From Phoronis australis (taxonomy: Eukaryota > Animalia > Phoronida), in contig NMRA01000609.1 of the NCBI GenBank assembly GCA_002633005.1, forward strand, positions 172,977 through 236,976: 64,000 bases of DNA, in the 5' to 3' direction. The position numbers and the translations under genes are program-made. Below the pieces are notes generated by a model. The model saw nothing but the letters and a program-made list of their open reading frames with translations, did not search any database and was not told the DNA's origin. This document shows positions 12,188 to 23,925 of the stretch, piece after piece (position 1 is the first letter of the stretch; each line of letters starts with the position of its first letter).

Positions 12188-15100
12188 GTACTGTGTATGT
12201 CCTTTAACATTTCATAGCACTCTGCTGATGCTGGTTGGCGGTTCGGATGAGCAATATTCTCTTATATTTACTAATTTTTACACTTTTAAAATCTAGATGA
12301 GTTGGTCTTTTTGGTATTATAAATGTAATTGATCGTTGGCCTATTAAAACTGGTTCTGCAAAAAGAAGAAAAAATGTACGTGCCCTCGAGAAACCCCTAT
12401 AACGATCGACCGGTTTCGGGGGGTTTTGAAAAAATCCACTGAAGTTGACAAACATAAAAAACAATCGTTACAGTAGAATTTTAAAAACTGCATAAGTGGC
12501 ACTAAAACGTCATGTTTTTGTGCAGTGAACACATTTTCACCGGTACCACAGTATCCTGTGGCCGTATGACGTTAGAAACGTCATGGCTCCCAACGCTTTT
12601 CGAAAGCGACTAGTAATTCTCGTGTGGCACTTTCCGAGAAAGCGAATTAATACGATCTGGTGGACTCTCTACAGGCAAGTCGAGATCGGTAATTAGTTGA
12701 TCTACCTTAAATAGATATTCTCTCTGCGAAAAAAGACAGTTTCAGATGTTGGTAGTTGCGCGGAATCCAACCCATTAATTCCGCACCGGCATGTGTTAAA
12801 TGGCAGGGTATTTTAAGCTTATTAGACACCGGTTTGGTTTCAGCGAATGTTTGGCAGACACTCGCGAGAATTCGTGATTTGTAATAAAATAACGCAAAAC
12901 ATAACATATTTTGTTTTTACAGCTCACGTACTTGATAATAGCTTTACGAAGTCTACACTATTCAAGGATAATCTCGAAATCCCAAAATTGCGTTTTCTTG
13001 CCCAAAAAAACGTTAATGTGCCTTTAAGTAAAAATTAATTACAAGAATGTGTTAGCACAGTCCTGCCTCGGGTGCACAGTCCTGCCCGAGTACACAGTCC
13101 TGCCCCGGGTACACAGTCCTGCCCCGGGTACACAGTCCTGNACGAAGTCTACACTATTCAAGGATAATCTCGAAATCCCAAAATTGCGTTTTCAAGCCCA
13201 AAAAAAACGTTAATGTGCCTTTAAGTAAAAATTAATTACAAGAATGTGTTAGCACAGTCCTGCCTCGGGTGCACAGTCCTGCCCGAGTACACAGTCCTGT
13301 CCCGGGTACACAGTCCTGCCCCGGGTACACAGTCCTGCCCCGGGTACACAGTTATGCCCCGGGTACACAGTCCTGCCCCGGGTACACATTCCTGCCCCGG
13401 GTACGCAGTCCTGTCCCGGGTACACAGTCCTGCCCCGGGTACACAGTCCTGCCCCTGGTAAACAGTCCTGCCAGGGAACAAACGTTTTCTCTGTTCGTTT
13501 CTACATTTTTGTATCTTTATCTGTTTTTACTCTTTCTTCAAAAGTGTGTTTTTCCACACAACTTGACTCATTCGTCTACCAAATTTGTTTTAGAAACTGA
13601 TAAATAAATCGTAGATGAAAGGTTTGGAAGATTTTTTTCTAATATTTAAAGTATTTTTTTTTGCAGAAAATATCCATTTGCTCCGAGATGTCGAGGCGTG
13701 TGGACCGTAAAAAGAAGTTCTCCTGCCGTCGACAATGTGAACGAATATGTTGATTACCCAAGCATACTAAAGGAAGACTACCCTTTAATAAAAAGATTAA
13801 GAAGGTAAGGTGTTTTCATATAATAACGCTGCCAGAAGGATGGGGGGCGGAGGGGGGTGGGCAAAACTATGCTTTGACAAGGGATGTGAAAACGAACCTG
13901 ACCGAAGTATCCCCGGTGACACCAACTTTGTTTCTGCACCCGGTGGAGTACGATTGACTGACGATGCTCTTTTGCAGACAAAAAGTATGTTAACTAACAC
14001 CTTGGTTTGTTCAGTATTTTGGATTTTTGTTTCATGTTTCGCTCACTGTATGGTTCGCGACTGGAAGTAAGTTTGGTTATTTTTCCAAATACATTTTGAA
14101 ATGAATTCAAATTTAATGGCCACCAATTCCCCTGTCACTCACTCTTTACACATACGGGGACTGAGTCAAGATATATGTGCCATATAGTTCTGTTCACTGA
14201 GTTATGAACAGTAACTTTACGACGCAAGTGCTTGCTTATGGTCAAATCAATAGCACGAGACTTGCTTCGAAAAGGGTCTCTTTTTAACGAGAAATCACTA
14301 CGCAACGCCTCTTTCCACCTAAAACTCAGTTAACGACAGTTACATTTTCAAACAATTAAGCCCAACTATAAGGCCGACTGGGTCGTTGTTGGCGACGTTT
14401 GGGGGAATTTACAATCGGATTCTGTTAGATCAGTGTTCCTACTGCAAACGAAAAACGTATTACGAAAAGAAAAGATAGCTGAACTCGGCAAACCTGGGCC
14501 GAGAACCTCTCGTACCCTTCGCGGCTGTTCTGGTGAATAAGAATCCAAGGTCAAGTGGAATGTTGCCGTATGCGGAGCGCAACAAAGAGGATCGATGGTA
14601 CAATGCAAACTTGTTCCATATTACACTAATTCACGGGGCATGTGCGTGTGAGCGTGTTCGTCCTTGTGTCCGCGTGTGTGCGTGTGTGTGCCTCAGAGTG
14701 CATGTCCCTGTTTGGACATCTGTCGTAAACAAATAGTCCAAAATTTTACCAGAAAATGGTAATGCTGCATTCCTTAGCTCTTTGTTTTTCTTGGGTTATT
14801 TATGGATCACGCACTGAAGACATTAATTAACTTGATGTATTGTCATGGTGAAAAGAGGGATTCCATCTTCCAACCAATCAGAATGATTAAATACGATTTT
14901 TCCCGCGAACCAATGAGAAGACAGAATCAACAAGATTGTCTTTATCTCTGGGTATACACTTTGCTCTCGTAAAACGAGGATTCTGAGGTGGTGCGTGTTA
15001 TATATTACAATGACGTGACGCGTGAATATATGTATACAGTACGGGTACTATTACAAAGGGCGAGCAATGTACAAAAAGTACCGCTCTCAGCTCTGGAAGT

Positions 15101-17455
15101 GGTCCAGAGAGGCAGCTGGACTGAGAGACTAATACAAAAGTCTGTTGTCGTGGGAAGCATGCAGTTTTGTAGATAGGCATGTGCGGCATTATGGGTCACG
15201 AAGTGCATGCTGGGACATCTGTTGGTGGTGGTGCTAATGGCGGGAAAAAGTGGGTGACAGGGATGACGACAGTCTGATTGACAACATCACTACGGCGTTT
15301 TCCCGTTGCTCCCAACTTGTTCGATTCTATAGCCCAACAACATGTTGGGAAGATGACTCCTGTATCCAATATCTTACACGACTGATTAACTCCATTGTGG
15401 CATTTATGGTTGGAAGGCCAGCTCTCTTTTGTTCGATAATTACTCTAATCTCCAATAAGATCGTATCTGACTGGGCTGTATTGTTAAAAATAAAAGTTAA
15501 GTTATAACATATATGAACATAAACCAATAGCATTTCTGAAATCTTCGTCAAATGGTGTTCATGTTTAGTTTTTGAGTCGCCAAAATCGCCCAACTACAAC
15601 CGAAGTTATGACAATCTATTCTTTCAGAACGGAAATATTTATATGTTACTTTCACCAAAAATACACTTTCGGCTTAATTACTGTTATCCCTGACATAATG
15701 TCTTCTGGCGCTTTCTGGGTTTAATTCTTAGTATTGTGCATTGTGTTTTTCGTAATTATAACGATAAAAAAAATGTTTTCCCAGGTCGAGTTTCGTAAAC
15801 ACAAGAACCTCGCGAAGAAAGCTAGTGTGATCATGTGGTTTGCTCGTAATACATGGCGAAAGCCCTTGTAGTCCTGCGTGGTTTTGCGTTTTCGCGAGGT
15901 TCTCGCATCTACGAAACGCACGCCTGGCGTTTTGCAAGCGCTTCCATTGAGCAAAACACGATTGACCGACAAAGAGTGTACGCTGGGACCTCGTTAAAAA
16001 ACAAGACATCGCGAGATTACGTGAGATATTGTCGTGTATTTCAAATGAAAGCACGTGATTTTGGCTTGATTTTAGCTGGGTCCTGATGTAGGTTAGTGAA
16101 CGCTCCCCAGTTCAATAGCGAGTGGGACTTGAGATCACCCCATGGCAATGAATCGGCAGAATCAAGATTCGGGCCCCAAGCTTTTTAGTAGCCGTTTAAT
16201 ACTTTGTCTCTTTCCATTGTTTCATAGTTGCTAAATACTTGCCAGGGAAGCAGCGATGCCTAACAGTCTCCCCTACTGAGGTAACCAGGGATATATATTT
16301 TTGGTAAAGCTGGCATAGTCTATCCTTTAAACTATGACTTAAGCCTATTATCATTAAAATCTTTGAAACAAAGTAGTACTAAGCTCTATTCGTCTACAAT
16401 AAAAATTTTGAGACAATTTTAAAAAGGATGAAGTCTTTTAAACGTGCAAGAGTTACAGGCCCTTAACTGGTACGTGACTTATACCGCCGTCGTTCAGACA
16501 TTGAATTTTTAATGCGTCTCATCAGAAGGTAGATCAGCCGCTTACAGGGCAATTCATTAACCCTCGTGCTTTTTATCAAAGTACAATTTTTTGATTTAGA
16601 CTACTAATCGTTGGGAAATTGACCTCAAATAGCTCCCGAGTCAAAATAGGAGTGATTTCTGGTTTGGAATTGATTGTTTGTCATTTCTTCATGCTAAGCT
16701 CATGAAATTTCAAGTCACCTAGTGACTTGACAGTTCATGAGTTTAGTCTGGAGAAATGACAAACTGTCAGCTGTTCCCGAGCTCGGAGATCAGACAAGAC
16801 CAATTCTGCTATCGAGTTAATGCCCCCTTAAAGTTAGTGCTCACAAAGGCATCCTATTTCCGGTGCAACGTGTAATTACCATAACATCAATGTGTAAAAT
16901 GACGTGCGCCATCATGGGCGAACAGCGCCTAACCACAAATCGCGTCATTCGAATGTAGGCTTTTCACAGTAAGAAGACAGATTAAACGTCAGACGAGCGT
17001 TCACGTTTGAAAATATTTTCACATGGCGGAACAGACATCCATCAGCGTTCTGACTGGACGACCCGCGAACTCTGTATAATAGAAAAATTTATGGAAGGAC
17101 ATAATGTCCACTTGGCAGAATCTACTTTGTAACAAAGTGAGAACGTGAGAAGCTGTTTAATGCCTTTATTTTTGGAAAGGCTGGGCAAGGATACATGTAC
17201 CTAAATGATGACGATATCAGCTTTGAGAAAAATCGCAAACAGGGTTTCTAGCCTATCAGAAGTTTTTCATAAAGTCAGTTCTCTAGAACTGGCGGATTTA
17301 GGGGGGGGGGGGCAAAGGGNAATTCTGGTTATTCCTGTGCCCTGGCACCCCTAACTCAAAATCCTGGATCCGCGCCCCTGTCTATAATTATTTTTTTGTG
17401 AGCGATGTCAGTAAACTCTTGTTTTTTGTATTTCAGCTACAATGCCCGAAGGTAG
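12069..17455 (+). CDS. Elevenin/L11-like neuropeptide precursor, 3 coding exons (12069-12187, 13667-13804, 17437-17455), 91 aa
   Basis: Spliced product MQKNLYWLTAALVIWSALILTSDA-MWYRFRRPRWRK-IDCRKYPFAPRCRGVWTV-KR-SSPAVDNVNEYVDYPSILKEDYPLI-KR-LRSYNARR*. It has a hydrophobic signal peptide, a C-x8-C ring with the elevenin-type DC...FAP.CRGV motif and dibasic cleavage sites. Introns are canonical and phase-matched (both phase 2). An acceptor ttttctttttcag at 12063, just before the ATG, implies an upstream non-coding exon. Confidence 0.85.
13053..13475. repeat. 19-bp minisatellite (GGGTACACAGTCCTGCCCC)n, split by an N with a duplicated flank
   Basis: Arrays at ~13053-13140 and ~13251-13475; the overlapping ORFs show 19-aa periodicity. 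Confidence 0.92.
13667..13804 (+). CDS. Elevenin-like precursor coding exon 2
   Basis: Acceptor ttttttttgcag; (R)KYPFAPRCRGVWTVKRSSPAVDNVNEYVDYPSILKEDYPLIKRLR; donor AAG|GTAAGG; 138 nt; phase matches exon 1. Confidence 0.88.
15781..15905 (+). repeat. Dispersed repeat family A (copies ~72-146, ~2715-2790, ~15781-15905, ~18010-18135)
   Basis: Shared core tgatcacgtgct(t)cgctcgtaat...tgatcttgcgttttcgcga. Confidence 0.7.
17437..17455 (+). CDS. Elevenin-like precursor probable terminal coding exon
   Basis: Strong acceptor cttgttttttgtatttcag; phase-compatible (S)YNARR then TAG. The coding part is short, so it is less certain. Confidence 0.6.
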
Positions 17456-18577
17456 TAGAAAGGCGAAGGAACGTTTCCAGTTACATTCCGTACGCACAGT
17501 CAACATTTCTAAGGATTTTGTGAAAATCGAGAAAATGGGTATTCGAACACAGTATTAGAGCAACACGCCTGTGTCAACTCTACATTGCAATAACTAACGC
17601 ACGTGGGGTAGCACAGCGTGCACTAGATTTGACTAACGGAAATACTGTCTAGTGTGTTACTTACTGATCAGCTGAAAAAACTGTGTGATGGTATGGCAAT
17701 GTACAACGGCACCTCAGCACGGCCCGACATTAAAAGCAAGAACGCCCCGCGCACTCGGCGTTGGCCCGCCATGAGCTTTGGATATTTACTTGGGAATTTA
17801 ACAGCGCAAGACTACTGTACCTGAGTGGTTAAAGGACTGGATAATTGTAAATATGAAGAATTTAAAGGTGCTGTAATCACCTACGTTATGGAAAATGTGA
17901 TGTGCAAACATATTTTTATATGGGTTTGACACGCATTTCAGGAAATGTAACAAGCATGCTATAAAATAAATTACTTTGTGAGCCAATTATCATTTAATAA
18001 CCTTATAACCTCCTGACCCGAGTTCCTTAGATGCAGTAATCTCGCAAAGGAAGCTTCTGCGGTCACGTGCTTTGCTTGTAATGCGTGGCAACATCTCGCG
18101 AAGTTTTGCGTGATCTTGCGTTTTCGCGATGTTTCCCCGCCTTCAGAACGCACACATGCTATCCCTGAACAGGTACTTTGTTTGATACTACGCCATCGCG
18201 TTCCTGTCCTTTGTGACAATAAATCAATTCCTGGACGGGCATACTGCCTTGGCGTCAGAAAATAACTGGCTACAGGGACGTGGCTAGCTGTACCATAGAA
18301 GCAAATACGCACGTGCGTCATAGACAGAAGGCAATAAACTTTAGTGTTCACTGCAAATTAATTTTCCAAAAATTTTCACCATTTTTATTCAAACTATATC
18401 AATATCAATGCGCACCAGGGACATATGGACATCGATCACGACTAGTAAGAATATATCACGTCTACAGAACGGCGTGACGTCATAAACCCGCGTTCCGTCG
18501 GAGAAACTAAATGTTCATTTACCGCAACTTGTGGATCCTGGTATCGATCAATCTGAACTGGAAAAACTTGAATTCAA

Positions 18578-18895
18578 TTTTATAACGGTAAAAATCAAAT
18601 AGTTGTTTTTGTAACGGAAGGCGGCTTTTAAAGTTTTGCTGTAGACACACCGTTGGAGGGATGCCCGTTAGCCTCTTTCAAGCTGTGGAACGGAGTTTTA
18701 GCACCATGACAGTCGGTTGTTATCAGTAGCGCTATTACACATTTATAAGGACAAAAGCATCGATCCCGACTGAGTGGCTGCAGACGTCGCCAAATACCTC
18801 ACTACAAAAGAGGTCGATTGTCTTAAGTTTGTTTATTGTGACTAGTCCATCCTTCCTGTAATTAGTTTTGATTTAAGCCACTTACCGTTATAAAA
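18578..18895. mobile_element. MITE-like element with TIR TTTTATAACGGTAA...TTACCGTTATAAAA (shorter copy ~6155-6298)
   Basis: 14-bp terminal inverted repeat; shared internal agttgt.ttt..acggaaggcg in both copies. Confidence 0.65.
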
Positions 18896-19697
18896 ACTAG
18901 TCTTCTTTTGTTCCGCGCTCATTTTAAAAGTGATCTCTGTATTTGAGAAGAACTGACAGTCCATTATTTCTTCAAACCAAAAATTTCAGGTCACGGCGTG
19001 ACCTGAAATATTATGAGCTTGGTCTTAAACAATAACAATCTGTCGGTCCTTCGAATGCCTGAAATCACCTCTTATTTAACTGAAGAACAATTTGAGACTA
19101 ATTTCATAATAGTATGCCCTAATTCGAAACATTTTGACAGAACACTGCCACTTTAAGAAATAACTTAATCACTGTGGAATTAAGTTTTTTAGCCTAGTAT
19201 TTCTACATCGCTGCTTTTACATAATACAAACAAAAATCGGTTCCAGTCAATTTAAACTTTAAGGCTCATTTGGAGTTCAGCACGCAGTTAATGACTCTTA
19301 TTTATGCTATTTCATAGTCAAAAAGTGAATCGCGATATTCACGTCTTAATTGTCAAAACTTTGTCACCACCAGTTTTCGTGGCATGATTTGTGCGTCCTA
19401 GTCAAACATGGCTAATTACGTGCCTACACCGTGACAAGTGAGTAGTTAATGAGCTAGGTCTTATGAAGCGACAACCTATCATTTCTTCTCAAGTCAGCAA
19501 ATCAGTTATAACCCATACGAGGAACAGGATGAGATCGAATTTTTAAACAAAAATGACATAAACCAACCGTTGGTTTTTGACATGGACGAGTTGTTTCCAA
19601 CCACGAAATGAGCACGGGATCTTGAGGAGGAAATGTTGAGGCTGACGTTCACTAGGTGGCGTTAATGCCAGACGAGTTTCACACGTAGAAATGTCTG

Positions 19698-20061
19698 CTC
19701 CTAACTATGCTAATGTATAGCAGGAATTAAATGACAATGCTATTTGAACATCATCTACACTAAACGAAGTGCAGTTGTATTTACTGACAACTTGTAAACG
19801 TAAAAACAAAAAATGCAAGTAGGCGACCTTTGCACTAATGACGTGCCTTGGAGACTCGATTATATGGCATCATTTTGCAGTGTGATTCCCAACGCCACGT
19901 CACGATACTTGCTGGATACGGTTGAGTGATACACTGCGGATCATTTTCGACACAAAACCCGTTTAGCAATTTTCAACCAACTTCATATTCACATCGTCGC
20001 TATATAATTTGACCAAGCAATAACATATAGATAAGGATTTAGCGGGCAAGTTCCACTTTAA
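19698..20061 (+). repeat. ~370-bp dispersed repeat, second copy at 38531-38908
   Basis: Both copies start ctcctaactatgctaatgtata, end caagttccactttaa and are colinear in between. Confidence 0.85.
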
Positions 20062-23000
20062 TAAGACCATTATTCTACAGCTGCCCCCACGATGGACTGC
20101 TCTTTTAGAAAGAGAGGCCTTTCCCGGACTTCTACGTGCATATCGCCCATGGGTTACGTACACTGGGAACAGTGTTTTTTTTTTCACGCTCGCAACTGCT
20201 CTGTTGGCTTGGTGCAGAATAACACAACATAAGAAGGTAGGCAACACTTTGTCGAGGAGCGTAGCAGTCAGAAATGCAGAAAGGTCGGGAAGACTGTCTC
20301 AAAGACAGATAATGTCGGAGACAACCCACGTTGTAGCAGATTTAAGATTTGTTGAGGCAAATCTGTGAATAAAATTTGATGAGCATTATCATTTATACGA
20401 AACTCCTGTAATTGTAATGTATGTATTATCACTTACATACAAACCAGTCTACTGAACGAATAAACGGACAAAATTGGCAATGAGAGCATTTGGTTTGAAC
20501 ATGTAGAGTGAAATAGAGAATGCGAGGGAGACAGTATTTATTGAAAAAAGGAAAATTTAAATTCGGCCAAACTTTACTCACTTGGACTTGAAAGTTTTCC
20601 CACGGTTTTGAAACATTAGTCCAGCATGTATGCATGCAGCTATACGAATGTGCTTTTTTTTCGGTTGGTGTGCTAATACACCTTCCGCATAGGACAAAGG
20701 TGAACTGACCAATACGTATCCGTTTATAACGACAAACGAAACCTCACGGTCTTTTGAAAACGTTCATTTCTTCAAAGTGGAATTCTTTTTAAAACGGCCA
20801 GACTCAGTTTTGCGTAATTCGAGTGGGCGCGAAAAACGATGGAAACCGAGGTTAACTGTGAACAGAAATCGTTTTGATGACGCAAAGAAAAAGTTTAGTT
20901 TTTTAAATGAAAATGCAACCGTGTGGACAGGGTCTTAAATTAAACGGATATTCTATGAGATAGCAAAATATGCTCCCATCTTAAATTAATTTATTAACCT
21001 TGGCAACACTTGACCTCAGAATTTGGTAAGAACGATATTTACACGGTTGCATATGTTGCCCTGTTGAGCAGGCTAAAAACGAAAATGGAATTAGACCTTA
21101 TAGTCTCGTAAAATCTGTCTTATGATATTTCTTTCCGTGATATAATTATATTTCCATCACCAACACGAAAATCAAAACCATCAGCGACTCTAAACCCCAA
21201 AATTGCGATTTCAAAATGCCACATACATGTACACATTGCCTGTGACTTGAGTTGCTAACAAAAATAGAGTCTCATCGTTTTTTTCTGGTCATCAAACAGG
21301 GTGAATGCAGCTTTAAATGTTTTTCATAACCATTTTTCAAGTGAGTTCTGTAGAACCCACTGCAACACTAACTCTGAGTCAGTGCTAAAACCAATCTCCA
21401 CTGCTTTTGTCCAATCACAGAGAGTACAAGACTTCAAGTAAAGCGACGAAACCTACATAAGACGTTTTCGACCTCGTGCTCTGTTGTATTTTCTTTTCAA
21501 ATGTAGTACAAGTATGAGTACACCGGCAATTGTTACTTTGTAGTGACGTTTTGCTGTTTGTGTTAAGATGAAAGTCAGTTTGTCAACGGATTTGTAAACT
21601 TATGCTGTTGGCATGGCAATGGTCATAAACATGGATCTCGTCTGCGGAATGAACAGACGACGCTTGTTTTTCTTGTCAGAATGATGAGTTGAATGAGTTG
21701 TTTTCTACTTTTGATCACAGCGTAGGAAAATGCCTTTATTCCATTTCTTCGCTAACTGATCATTCACGTACGTCTTAATAACAAAAATTGATCTTCTTGC
21801 TTGTACAATTTTCAGACACTAGACAGGTGTTCGCTTCCCTTTATTAAGCCGATTTGTTTCCCACACTTTGTGCGCCCAAATACGCGTTTTTTCTCGAGTG
21901 TATTCCTAGATTATTTTAAAATTTATAGAACTTTTAAGTGTCTTAAAAGACACTTAAAGATAACCCCCCTCCCCATTCACCAATTAAGAACACAGGAGGA
22001 GTTTCACAAGTCGAAAGATATCACTAAAACAAACATTCTGTAACTTCCGGTCTCGTTTGACGGAAGTTGAGTGCGTACCCATAATGCATGAGTCAGCTGT
22101 CACTCACTACGATGCAGCCATTTTAGGTGGTAGTGCACCACCAAAAATTAAACTAAAAGATTCGTATTAAATTCAGTTAACTTTGAACATATTCGGAGTT
22201 GTGTTGAATGAGCATTTTTTGGGCATAAGTTTCGACTAAACTAAATTACGTTAAAAATCGTTTTATGTAGTTATTTTGTACTAATATGAAGCGTAAGGAG
22301 CATCTTTATTAAAGTACATTATCCTAGTCCAGTAGTGGCTGCACGTGAGCTACAACATGTTCTATTGTAAGTTTTCTGGGCCTTAAGAAATTTCTTTTCA
22401 AAGAGCACTTACTTCTTCTATGAAAAAATCCAACAAAAGTTTGGAGAAGCGAATTGGCACCCTTTAAAAATTGCCACCGGCGTTAGGAAAAATCGTTCTA
22501 ATTTTTTTGTAGCAAGAAACCGCGCGCCCTTTGACAAAAATAAACCGATTTAAGTCAGATTTACGATAAAATCGGTTTCATTTTGATACTTCAAGTACTC
22601 TGATTGAAAATTATCTCTAGGCTTACGAAAACTTGCCCGTTTCAGACCAGGCTCACTATCTACAAAGCTTGCTTGTAACGACGGGTTAGTGTCAGCCGCT
22701 GAAACAATGTGGCCGCCAGGTGATACCCCAGCGTTTTACTGGAGCCAATTTCACTTGAAATAAAGGATAAGAAAACGACGTTATTGTCTCGGAAGAGCAA
22801 ATGCGCCTGTGGAGAAATTTGTTTTGGCCCCAGAATACATTTTATTGCGCTTTAAGATTATGTAGGACGCTAGGAAATTGTTCGCAACATCATATCTCAG
22901 AAATAGCCGATAGATTCGTATGAAAATTCTTGATACTATGCTTTGTGCACTGTTACCCAAAATGTTAAGAATTGATCTTAAATGTTTCACTTTTGCAATG

Positions 23001-23919
23001 AGGTGCTTTTGAAAAATAGGAGTTTATGATTTTCGTGAAAAAGTTAACGTTGCGCGAAACAAAAACGAAATATTCTAGAAAACCGTAGCAGCGTTTTTGA
23101 GACCTTGGACATGTCAAATAAAATTTAAGTTATCGATAACAACACTGTTTTGCTAAGGGTGTACCTTTCGTGTTAGCTATATTTTACTACAGATATGATC
23201 ACGTGACTCAAGCAATAACAGATTGCTATTTAATCATAAATCAAGTTCTACAGTAGTCTTTCTACTTCAGACACTATAATGTCTTTAGTTGTAGACATTT
23301 GGATAAATACTCTGACAGACCTGTCATTATAAGGTCCTGCATATTTTTAAGGAAACAAGTCAGGTGATGGTGCTCAAATAAAATCTTTGATAATTCGAAC
23401 GACAGATTCGTGAACGAGCTGGACTTTCCGCTAAGAGTCGAATAAACCATCGGGCCTAGGCAAGTTACCGTTTGTAAATGATACATGTAGGTAAGCGAAT
23501 AGTTCGCCTTCTGGGAGGTAACAGTCGACGTGGACTGGCGATCATAAAAGTAAAACTTAAGATTAAAAATTTCAACTGAGTATTAAACCGGGATGGACAA
23601 AAAACGAACACGTAGGCATCCAAAAAGAAACTTGAAAACACCGGGGTGGCATTTATCCGACAATGAGCGCTAATCTGGATGAACACGGTATTGGCGGAAA
23701 GGAGGCGAATCTTAATTTTGCAGAGTCCTAAAGCTGCTTATCACGATGAATGCGTACTTTCATTTCCGCTGGTAAATGACCTCCAGTTATGATTAAAGAA
23801 GATTTTATTGCAAATCTGCTACTCCAAAAGGCAATCCATTAGATATAATAGGACCAATCTAAGAAGGTGTAAGAAAGTAAAGGAGAAAGGAATAAAAATG
23901 GCAAGTTACCTTGATAACA

Positions 23920-23925
23920 TTTATT
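23920..23925 (-). terminator. Candidate poly(A) signal for POLR2H
   Basis: AATAAA on the - strand ~1.5 kb past the gap that likely holds the last exon. Confidence 0.35.

Noticed and set aside
13236-13607. Cys/Pro/Gly-rich repetitive ORFs; superficially CRISPR-like array
   Set aside because: A 19-bp head-to-tail minisatellite with no unique spacers, in eukaryotic intronic DNA.
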